A stretch of 51,818 bases of DNA from Bacteroidota bacterium (GTDB taxonomy: Bacteria; Bacteroidota; Ignavibacteria; Palsa-1295): the NCBI GenBank assembly GCA_021825235.1, contig JAKAIL010000001.1, forward strand, positions 1 through 51,818, in the 5' to 3' direction. Below the pieces are notes generated by a model. The model was not told where the DNA came from. It made no database searches and saw only the letters and a list, made by a program, of their open reading frames with translations. Position 1 is the stretch's first letter. Each line of letters opens with the position of its first letter. Both the position numbers and the translations under genes were made by a program. Positions 10,095 to 18,219 of this stretch are shown piece after piece.

Positions 10095-10596
10095 TAAGGA
10101 ACTGCCATCGGGCAACCGCTCGCTTCGATGAGCAATCATCCGCGGGAGGAAAGTCCGAACTCCAAGCGATGAGCGATCATCGCGAGAGCAGCGTGCCGTC
10201 CGAGGAAAGTGTTTCGGCACTTACCAAGTGCGGGGAACGGTGAATAAGATTCGTCGAAAAACCGCTCACAGCGCAGTGTCACAGAAAAGCAAACCACGTG
10301 GGGCTGGCAGCTTGCCAGCCGTAGGGCAGGCGTCCGCGCCTTCCCTCGCGTACGGATGAAACGGCGGTGTAAAAGACCACCGCTCGAAGCGTAAGCTTCG
10401 GGGCCACGATAAACCTCACGCGGAGCAAGACCACGTATGAGATCAACCCGTCATGAGCGATCATGCTGGGAATGCCTCTGCTCGAGGATACGGTCTCGGG
10501 TAGGTCGCAGAGAGTAATGGTTGCCTCCCTGCGAGACGCATGAGCAATCATGCCTCACGGGAAGACAGAATTCGGCTTACAGATGGCAGTTCCTTA
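10095..10596 (+). ncRNA. rnpB: RNase P RNA (type A-like, enlarged, apparently lacking P18)
   Basis: 15-bp P1 TAAGGAACTGCCATC / GATGGCAGTTCCTTA; conserved GAGGAAAGTCC, AGTGTCACAGAAA, GAGCAAG, ACAGAATTCGGCTTA. Confidence 0.96.
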
Positions 10597-10603
10597 ATTT
10601 TTT

Positions 10604-10822
10604 AACCTGGATTACGCAGATTGGCGCTGATTTCTAAATGGGTTAGAGTGGCCGTCTGAAAATAGCGGAATGTTCGACAGTTGTGCTAAACCGTTTCGGA
10701 CCTTCCTAAAGGCGATCTAGAAAATTCTTGCCAAATTTTTGGTGTGCGGCATAAATTCGAGTAATTTTGTGTTAACCTGCGCGGCAATCCGCGTAATCAA
10801 TCCAATCTGCGTAATCCAGGTT
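10604..10822. mobile_element. MITE-like element with perfect 21-bp terminal inverted repeats
   Basis: AACCTGGATTACGCAGATTGG (10604-10624) and CCAATCTGCGTAATCCAGGTT (10802-10822); no ORF in the track; a related single end lies at 35277. Confidence 0.6.
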
Positions 10823-11748
10823 TGAGTCATCCAAAATTAGTAGCTGGCCGGAGCAATCCGCACTTCGCCGAGAGCGTTGCAGCATCGCTCAATATCCCAC
10901 TCTCCAAAGTTCGCATCAAGAATTTCGCCGATGGCGAAATTTGGGTAAAATACGATGAGAACATTCGGGGCGAGGACCTCTTTATCATTCAGTCCACCAT
11001 GCCGCCCTCGGATAATTTGTTCGAGCTGCTGATGCTAATCGATGCTGCCGTCCGTGCGAGTGCCAAGCGGATTACCGCAGTCATTCCCTATTTTGGCTAT
11101 GCTCGGCAGGACCGCAAAGATCAACCGCGCGTTGCTATAACGAGCAAACTCGTCGCTAATCTTATCGCCACGGCGGGGGCGGATAGAGTTATCACGATGG
11201 ATCTTCACGCCCCGCAGCTACAGGGATTTTTCGATATTCCGGTTGATCATCTTTACGCCTCGAACACCTTTACGAAATACTTCAAAGAAAAGCGAGTGAA
11301 GCAAATGGTTGTCGCATCGCCGGACGTAGGTGGAACAAAAATGGCCCGCTCCTATGCGAAGCGGTTCAATACTGACCTTATCGTAATCGATAAGCGGCGG
11401 CCCGCACCCAACGTCGCCGAAGTGATGAATATTATTGGCGACCCCAGCGGGAAGAATGTCATCATGATCGATGATTTAATCGATACTGCCGGAACATTTA
11501 CCAATGCGGCGTTTGCACTCAAAAAAGCCGGAGCAAAAGCCATTTATGGCGCCTGCACCCACGCCGTCCTGAGTGACGATGCGGTGAAAAAGATCGAAGA
11601 CTCTCCTATCGAATCGCTCATTATTGCGGATACCATTCCCGTACGCAATCATTCCCAAAAGATCCAAGTGCAATCGGTTGCGCCAGTCTTTGCGGAAGCG
11701 ATTAAGCGCACGCACGAAGACCGCTCGATTTCGTCTTTGTTCGAATAA
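10822..11748 (+). CDS. prs: Ribose-phosphate pyrophosphokinase
   Basis: FADGE, PYFGYARQDRK, MDLHAPQ, SPDVGG, IDDLIDTAGT; TTG start. Confidence 0.97.
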   Translation: MSHPKLVAGRSNPHFAESVAASLNIPLSKVRIKNFADGEIWVKYDENIRGEDLFIIQSTMPPSDNLFELLMLIDAAVRASAKRITAVIPYFGYARQDRKDQPRVAITSKLVANLIATAGADRVITMDLHAPQLQGFFDIPVDHLYASNTFTKYFKEKRVKQMVVASPDVGGTKMARSYAKRFNTDLIVIDKRRPAPNVAEVMNIIGDPSGKNVIMIDDLIDTAGTFTNAAFALKKAGAKAIYGACTHAVLSDDAVKKIEDSPIESLIIADTIPVRNHSQKIQVQSVAPVFAEAIKRTHEDRSISSLFE

Positions 11749-11763
11749 AAATCCTAAAGCGTT

Positions 11764-13086
11764 TTAAGCCAAAACGGCTTTCGCCCCGTCCAGGAACTTC
11801 TGCACGTCCTCTTCCGAGGTGTAGATGTGGACGCTGAAGCGGTTTGCGTTGAGCGCTCCTTCGGGCACAACTCTCGTCCGTACCTTGTACTTTGACCGCA
11901 GGGTATTTGCGAAGTCTTGATACTGCATTTTATCGAGCTTGATCGTAGTAAGCCCGGTAACCGAAGCATCGGGCGTGAGGAACCGGAACCGCCCATCGGC
12001 AAATTGGCGGAGGCCATCGCGCAGCATCTTGGTAAGATATTTCACGCGGGCCTCCACGTTGTCCATGCCGATGTTCTGCATAAAATCGACTGCGGCGTGA
12101 AGACCGTCAAAGAGTGCGAAGTTTTGAGTGGCAAAATCGTAGCGCGATGCAGTGGGAAGGAAATCCAGGCGGCCATCGTATCCCCAATATTTATCGACTT
12201 CCGCGCCACACCAAGTCGGAATAACATGGTGCATCAGCTCCGGTTCGATATAGAGGAACCCTATCCCTTTCGGCCCGCAGAGCCACTTGTGACCGCAGGA
12301 AGCATAAGCATGGACGCCGAGATCTCGGACATCGGTTTGGAGCATTCCCGGGGGATGCGCGCCATCGGATAAGAACCAGATGGGCGCACCATTCGAGGCT
12401 GCTTTTTCGCGGGCGAGCGCCGTAAGCCGTTTGATGGGAAGAAGCTGTCCGGTTGTACACGTAATGTGTGGCATCGAAATGGCCCGCGTGCGCGGCGTAA
12501 TAGCATCGCTCACACGTTGAACAAAATCATCATCGCTATAGCCATTCGCATTCGTATCCGTCAGCGACACAAATCTAACGACAATTCCGTCCCGCTTCTT
12601 GCGCGCCAGCCACGGGATCGCATTGCCGGCATGCTCCTGATTCGTCAGCAGCACTTCGTCCCCGGCTTTGAGATCGATACCGCTGGCGACAATAGAAATC
12701 GCTTCGCTCACATTATGGGTAAAAGCCATCTGATCGCCACTTTCAGCATTCAGGAGCTTTGCAAGTGCAGTGCGGATGGCTTCATAATCACCATTATATT
12801 CGCCGGTGCGGTCCACATATTCGATGCGCTTCGTAACTCGCTCCGTAACGCTGCGTGGGCTGGGCCCCATCGTGCCGTTGTTCATGTAAATCAGTTTCTG
12901 TGTAATTGGGAACTCGCTGCGAATGGAATCCCAATACGCTTCATCGGTAGGGCTGGCACTGTTACCCGTGTGTTGATTGGGTTCTCCATTTATAGCGATC
13001 GGAACCGCTTTAGCGAGAATAGTACGGTTGGCCGTGAGGGCGGTGGAAGAAGCTAAGGTCATTTGGATAAAAGTTCGTCGGTCCAT
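11764..13086 (-). CDS. Class V PLP-dependent aminotransferase (cysteine desulfurase/isopenicillin N epimerase-like) with Tat signal
   Basis: MDRRTFI twin-arginine leader; YMNNGTMGPSP, DGAH, SCGHKWLCGPKG (PLP lysine). Confidence 0.88.
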   Translation of the reverse strand: MDRRTFIQMTLASSTALTANRTILAKAVPIAINGEPNQHTGNSASPTDEAYWDSIRSEFPITQKLIYMNNGTMGPSPRSVTERVTKRIEYVDRTGEYNGDYEAIRTALAKLLNAESGDQMAFTHNVSEAISIVASGIDLKAGDEVLLTNQEHAGNAIPWLARKKRDGIVVRFVSLTDTNANGYSDDDFVQRVSDAITPRTRAISMPHITCTTGQLLPIKRLTALAREKAASNGAPIWFLSDGAHPPGMLQTDVRDLGVHAYASCGHKWLCGPKGIGFLYIEPELMHHVIPTWCGAEVDKYWGYDGRLDFLPTASRYDFATQNFALFDGLHAAVDFMQNIGMDNVEARVKYLTKMLRDGLRQFADGRFRFLTPDASVTGLTTIKLDKMQYQDFANTLRSKYKVRTRVVPEGALNANRFSVHIYTSEEDVQKFLDGAKAVLA

Positions 13087-13206
13087 AGAAAATGGCTAAA
13101 GGATGTTGGTTCCATCACCGTAAAAATAACCGCACGGGACTGCTAATCATTCAATGTGCATTTGAGCGATGGACGAAAAGCGATGACTATCTGTTCAGAG
13201 ACCACG

Positions 13207-15066
13207 CTATTTCTTAATCAGGCGCGCTCCAAAGCCCGATCGAAGCGTTGTCTCACTAAAAACATCGATGAGATGACGCTCGGAAAGAAATTGCAGAATC
13301 TGGCGTTTTACTTCTTCCGGTGAGACGCATTCGGCAAGCAGGCGGTCCGTGAGTTCTTTACACTCGGTATAGTTGAGGAGCCGTAACCGTGCCGCAAGTG
13401 AACGGACAGCGGTTGGAGAAACAGAAATCTCGTCAATCCCGAATCCAACCAACAGAGGTGTGGCCAAAGGATAGCTCCCCAATTCTCCGCAAATGGAAAT
13501 AGGCTTTCCGCCACGCTTCGAAGCTTCGACCGTACCTCGAATCAGCTTGAGCACGGCCGGATGTAATTCCTGATACAGCGGTGCGATGAGATCATTCCCA
13601 CGGTCCACGGCGAGTGTATATTGCGTAAGATCGTTCGAGCCGATCGAAACGTAATCAACCATCGGAATAAAAGAGTCAGCCATGATGGCGGCGCTTGGAA
13701 CTTCCACCATAATACCAACCGGCATGTGTTCATCGTAGGCATCGCCAGTAGCATGGAGCATATTTCTGGCTTCCTGTAAAAAGGCGAGCGCCCGTTCGAG
13801 CTCGTCGGCCGTGGTGACCATCGGGAACATCAGCTTCACGTTTCCTCGCGCGGAGGCACGGAGAATGGCGCGGAGCTGCCCCAGAAAAAGATCCGGTTCA
13901 TCCAGCGAAATGCGTAGGCCACGCCAGCCGAGAAATGGATTGTCTTCCCGATAGGTACCACTCAAAACTTTATCACCGCCCACATCGAACGTTCGAAGCG
14001 TAACCCAAGCCGGATAAAACCGCTCGGCAAGATTCAGGTAGAGTTCGTTTTGTTCATCTTCTGTGGGAAAATCATCGTGGAGTAAAAGAAAATGTTCCGT
14101 ACGGACCAGTCCAAGTCCCAGGCGCTTTTTGCCATCGGCAGTGGCAGTAGCTTCTGATAACCGTTCTGCTTCGAGCACGGCTACTTCGCTGCCAAACTCC
14201 AGGTTCATGAGGAGCTTTACCTCTCGAGCATCGGCGGTCCTCGCCAGAGGCTCTCCCGGCTCCACAATGAGTCCCAAAGCCTCTACGCCGCTTCCGAGTA
14301 CAAAGCTTTGCTCCTGCTCATAACCGCGCTGTGTTTCCGGATCGGGACAAACGATGAGTTCCCCACGCTCACCATCGAGGATGAGCGTGTCCCCCGTCTC
14401 GATATGCTCCGCCGCCGAGTGAAGCGCTACCAGCGCCGGAATGCCCAGCGACCGCGCGAGGATTGCCACATGACTCGTAAGCCCACCCCCATCGATAGCG
14501 AACCCCAGCATGGATGACTGCGTAAATAAAATTGCATCTGCCGGGGTAAGCGACTCAGCTACCAGAATGGATGGGACCTCGAGCTTCGAAAGCCATTTCT
14601 GCCGATCGAGAAGATAACGCAGGAGACGCTGCTTAATGTCTTCCACATCATCGGCGCGTTCCCGCATCACCGGGCTTTCGCTCGCTTCGAGCATTTTCTT
14701 GTGGGCGGAAAATTCTGTATCCACCGCAAAGGCCGCTGGCTTACGCTCTTGCTTAATGCGTTGCCGAATCGTGCTCAGGATAAACTCATCGGAGACCATC
14801 ATCATCTGTGCTTCGAAGATGGAAGAGGCGGGCGTTCCTACCTTTTGCTCGGCCACACGTCGCACCTTTTCGATTTCCTGACGCGCTTTTCGTACGGCAG
14901 AATCGAATTGCTCGATTTCGTGGCCGACATCACTCAGCGCGAGTTCGTGGTCCTCCGCATACAGAAGCGCGCGGAAATAGCGATAGGCCGGGCCAATGGC
15001 AATGCCACGGCTCGCAGCGATCCCACTGAATCGCAGTGTTTCTTTTGGCTCTTTCGGACGGATCAC
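13207..15066 (-). CDS. ptsI: Phosphoenolpyruvate-protein phosphotransferase (PTS Enzyme I)
   Basis: GIAASRGIAIG, GGLTSHVAILAR (phospho-His), RTFDVGGDK, NPFLGWRG, SIGSNDLTQY, ICGE. Confidence 0.95.
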   Translation of the reverse strand: MIRPKEPKETLRFSGIAASRGIAIGPAYRYFRALLYAEDHELALSDVGHEIEQFDSAVRKARQEIEKVRRVAEQKVGTPASSIFEAQMMMVSDEFILSTIRQRIKQERKPAAFAVDTEFSAHKKMLEASESPVMRERADDVEDIKQRLLRYLLDRQKWLSKLEVPSILVAESLTPADAILFTQSSMLGFAIDGGGLTSHVAILARSLGIPALVALHSAAEHIETGDTLILDGERGELIVCPDPETQRGYEQEQSFVLGSGVEALGLIVEPGEPLARTADAREVKLLMNLEFGSEVAVLEAERLSEATATADGKKRLGLGLVRTEHFLLLHDDFPTEDEQNELYLNLAERFYPAWVTLRTFDVGGDKVLSGTYREDNPFLGWRGLRISLDEPDLFLGQLRAILRASARGNVKLMFPMVTTADELERALAFLQEARNMLHATGDAYDEHMPVGIMVEVPSAAIMADSFIPMVDYVSIGSNDLTQYTLAVDRGNDLIAPLYQELHPAVLKLIRGTVEASKRGGKPISICGELGSYPLATPLLVGFGIDEISVSPTAVRSLAARLRLLNYTECKELTDRLLAECVSPEEVKRQILQFLSERHLIDVFSETTLRSGFGARLIKK

Positions 15067-15068
15067 CG

Positions 15069-15141
15069 TGTAGGCGTAACCTTCCTGTTATGTAGAATGA
15101 TGCGTGTAACTTCAGGCCGTGGCCGAACGGTCACGGCTACA
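15069..15141. repeat. GTAG-type REP-like doublet overlapping the ptsH stop codon
   Basis: TGTAGGCGTAACC ... GCCGTGGCCGAACGGTCACGGCTACA; same family as 38751-38817 and 39805-39832. Confidence 0.6.
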
Positions 15142-15406
15142 TTTCTTCTTCGAATCCCTTGTCAAAATAATCGACGAGTTCCTTCATGGCCTGTTCTTCG
15201 TCAGGTCCATCACACTCGAGTTCAAGCTGGCTTCCCTGCGCCGCTGCCAATGTCATGACGCCAATAATAGACTTTCCGTTAATACGGAACCCTTCCTTGA
15301 TGATGAAAAATTCAGATTCGAACTTGCTTGCAAGCTTAACAATGGCTGCAGCCGGCCTCGTGTGCAGCCCTGCGCGGTTCTTAATGGTAACGGTCCTTCG
15401 GATCAC
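15137..15406 (-). CDS. ptsH: HPr phosphocarrier protein
   Basis: GLHTRPAA (His15) and NGKSIIGVM (Ser46); directly upstream of ptsI. Confidence 0.95.
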   Translation of the reverse strand: MIRRTVTIKNRAGLHTRPAAAIVKLASKFESEFFIIKEGFRINGKSIIGVMTLAAAQGSQLELECDGPDEEQAMKELVDYFDKGFEEEM

Positions 15407-15463
15407 AAAAAGTAGTTGTCAGTTAACACCAGAACCCGTAAAATCTGCGCCCGGCATCCGATC

Positions 15464-15511
15464 AAAAAAATAACAAAACAAGAGAGCGATCCGCCGAAAC
15501 GGACCGCCCCC
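15464..15511 (-). terminator. Probable rho-independent terminator of the 15576..15989 gene
   Basis: Minus strand reads GGGGGCGGTCCGT-TTCG-GCGGATCGCTCTC followed by TTGTTTTGTTATTTTTTT. Confidence 0.6.
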
Positions 15512-15575
15512 TGTTGCTTTGCTTCTCTGCTTCTAATGCCGCAAGTAACCATGAAATACTCGCGGCAGGACACTC

Positions 15576-15989
15576 TTAATTTTGCACGGGTGGTAATTTC
15601 GCCGCGTCATCGATCTCGCGGAGCACCACTGTGAAATCCCGATTCAGTTCCTGCGTTTGGGTAACCGGCGGCGTCGAAATGAGGACGTCCTTCGTCAGGA
15701 TCGAGTCCCCCTCCAAATGCACCCAGTATTCTTTCGCTGGCTGAAGTATGACCAAATACTTCCCGGTCGCCCTGTTCGACGTGCTCCGAGTAATTTCGCG
15801 GGCGGTGTCCCCCACTTCTCGAATGCTTACTTGTACGGATGTGGGCCGTGCTGTTTCATCCGAACGGACCGTTCCCGTCATAATAACGACCGCATGAGAA
15901 AACGTCTGGGCACGAAGATTCGCGGAAATTATAACGAACATCGCAAGGATGGCTCTAGCGCTGGCTTTCTTGAGGCTGGTGGTTACCAT
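15576..15989 (-). CDS. Exported hypothetical protein (beta-sandwich-like)
   Basis: 137-aa ORF with signal-like N-terminus; TGTVRS and TGKYLVIL resemble carboxypeptidase-regulatory-like domains. Confidence 0.65.
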   Translation of the reverse strand: MVTTSLKKASARAILAMFVIISANLRAQTFSHAVVIMTGTVRSDETARPTSVQVSIREVGDTAREITRSTSNRATGKYLVILQPAKEYWVHLEGDSILTKDVLISTPPVTQTQELNRDFTVVLREIDDAAKLPPVQN

Positions 15990-16324
15990 GAGAATATGAG
16001 CTTGATTTAAGGTGAAAAACGACGTATGTTAATTGCGCTACAAAATTCCGAATTACGGATTGTGCCGTTGTTACGGGTATTTTTTATTTATGTTGTCTTA
16101 CTTCTTGTTCACTAAAGGCGGCACTGTTGTCTTCCGAATAGACATAGTTCCATTCGAATGCCAAGCGGGAAACAATCCGTTTTCTTCGCGTCATAACAGC
16201 CTTTTACGATTTTTTCAACTTTTCCTGAAACATTTTAAGTGCGTAGCGGAGTGTACAAATGGAGCCGGGACTGTATAGTGGCGCAGGAATGTTACCTTTC
16301 GCTTAATTCTCGTAAAGGAGCCAG

Positions 16325-17221
16325 ATGTCGAGTCATTTCGGGAACAAAATTTGGATGGGGGTGGCACTTCTTGCGTCGGGTTTTGCCGGGTGCGCTTCCG
16401 TTCCAAAGACCATTACCACGCCGCATGTGCTTATCCCATCCGCAAATGTGGAGGCTATCACCGGAATACGTTCATGGTTTGCGCACGAATCGAGCGCAGC
16501 CCGAAGCCTGTATGTCACCGGTGACATCACCGTTGACCAGGACGGCGAATCCAACTCGGCAAGCTTTTCGATGAAGAGCAAGCGGTTTCCATTGTTGTTC
16601 AGCGCTTCGTATTTCGATTCGCCTCGAAAGTCAAAACCGATAGTAACAGGAACACAAATCGATTCCCTGAGCATCGAAATAACCGGTCCCTTTGGAATCA
16701 AGGTGGCACGGTTTCTTGCTTCACCGGAACAATATGAATACTACGATATTCTCCACGGGCAGACGTTGCATGGAACGACCGACCAGCAATCGCTCGAACA
16801 ATTGACCCATCTACATGGAGTTTCGCTCCAGAGCATGAATGACTTGATATATGGATTGGCAGCAATCGATAGCAGTATAGACGATTCCATACAATATTAT
16901 TCAGACCAGGCAAACCACTTCGCTTTGGTCCTCCGCAAACCGGGTATTTTTACCGCAGCGTATGACTTTGATGGAACGCTACCTCGTGACTCTGCTAATG
17001 GGAATATTTCGCTTGTGCGCTACCGCCGCTGGGAAGGAACTCCGAAATCGCTCACGGCGGAACCGGCGCTGGATGTCCAATTTTCGGATCCGGCCTCAAT
17101 AAATGGACTGGAAATTCCACAGCACATCGAGGCTACTGCCGGCGCGAACAAACTGACGCTTCAATATGACCATGTGGAGTTAAATCCACCGGCACTTGTT
17201 GTTAAGATCAAGATGCCATAA
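16325..17221 (+). CDS. Lipoprotein, DUF4292-like
   Basis: Lipobox FAGC; DSLSIEITGPFGIKVARF motif; C-terminal IKMP. Confidence 0.7.
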   Translation: MSSHFGNKIWMGVALLASGFAGCASVPKTITTPHVLIPSANVEAITGIRSWFAHESSAARSLYVTGDITVDQDGESNSASFSMKSKRFPLLFSASYFDSPRKSKPIVTGTQIDSLSIEITGPFGIKVARFLASPEQYEYYDILHGQTLHGTTDQQSLEQLTHLHGVSLQSMNDLIYGLAAIDSSIDDSIQYYSDQANHFALVLRKPGIFTAAYDFDGTLPRDSANGNISLVRYRRWEGTPKSLTAEPALDVQFSDPASINGLEIPQHIEATAGANKLTLQYDHVELNPPALVVKIKMP

Positions 17222-17261
17222 GTGGCTGCAGCTGGCTACTCGTACGGACACTCGGTACTCC

Positions 17262-18038
17262 ATGATAAACATTCTTCACCTCAGTAAAAAATACGGAAAC
17301 ACAGTCGCTGTCGAGGATCTTTCGCTCGATATTGAAGCCGGCGAAATCTTTGCGCTGCTCGGCCCAAATGGCGCCGGGAAATCTTCGACCGTGAAAGTCC
17401 TTACCGGGCTTTCGCAACCGACGACTGGTAGCGTACGTATTGCCGGCTTCGATGTGGTAACTCAAACGAATGACGTGAAGCAGCGAATAGGGTATGTCCC
17501 GGAAAATGCCGTTCTCTATGAGAGCCTGACGGCCGATGAGTACCTGGACCTTTGCGGCACCCTCCGGCACATGGAACGCGCGAAGCTTGCCGAACAGCGC
17601 GAGGAACTTTTTACTCTATTCGAGCTTACGAAAGAAGATCGGAAAAAACTGCTTTCGGAATATTCGAAAGGAATGAAGCAAAAAGTCCTGCTTATCTCTG
17701 CGCTCATTCACAATCCCGAAGTGTTAATTTTGGACGAACCGCTTTCTGGGCTGGATGCCAATGCTGCGCTTATTATTAAAGAAGTGTTACGCCGCTTTGC
17801 TCACGGTTCCAGCAGTAAGACCATATTTTTCTGTTCCCATGTCCTCGATGTGGTCGAACGCCTCTGCGACCGAATTGCCATTATGAACCATGGCCAGCTT
17901 GTCGCCATTGGAACGCCGCAGGAATTACTGGAAACATCCGGTGAAGCTTCGCTGGAACGGGCATTTCACAAGCTTACCGGCGGCGCGGACATCGAGCGTT
18001 CCACCGAGGAAGTGCTAAGGGCGCTATCCCAGGAGTAG
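17262..18038 (+). CDS. ABC transporter ATP-binding protein
   Basis: Walker A GPNGAGKS, signature YSKGMKQK, Walker B LILDEP, H-loop SH. Confidence 0.93.
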   Translation: MINILHLSKKYGNTVAVEDLSLDIEAGEIFALLGPNGAGKSSTVKVLTGLSQPTTGSVRIAGFDVVTQTNDVKQRIGYVPENAVLYESLTADEYLDLCGTLRHMERAKLAEQREELFTLFELTKEDRKKLLSEYSKGMKQKVLLISALIHNPEVLILDEPLSGLDANAALIIKEVLRRFAHGSSSKTIFFCSHVLDVVERLCDRIAIMNHGQLVAIGTPQELLETSGEASLERAFHKLTGGADIERSTEEVLRALSQE

Positions 18039-18092
18039 CAGGAACCCTTGGGAGAGTAATCCAATTACTTGATCCGAGTTTGAGTTTGCTCC

Positions 18093-18191
18093 TGTCATTC
18101 CCGCGAAAGCGGGAACCCGGATAGCTCACCATGACCGGATATATCGGAACTCAACAGCGAGCCCTGGATTCCGGCTTTCGCGGAAATGACA
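18093..18191. repeat. Palindromic REP/dRS3-like repeat between convergent genes
   Basis: TGTCATTCCCGCGAAAGCGGGAACCC ... GGATTCCGGCTTTCGCGGAAATGACA; near-perfect inverted pair, each half a hairpin. Confidence 0.75.
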
Positions 18192-18219
18192 TCGCTGGGT
18201 GGTTCTTTGAAAAAGAAAC

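Noticed and set aside
10279..10551. 90-aa minus-strand ORF
   Set aside because: Lies antisense within rnpB.
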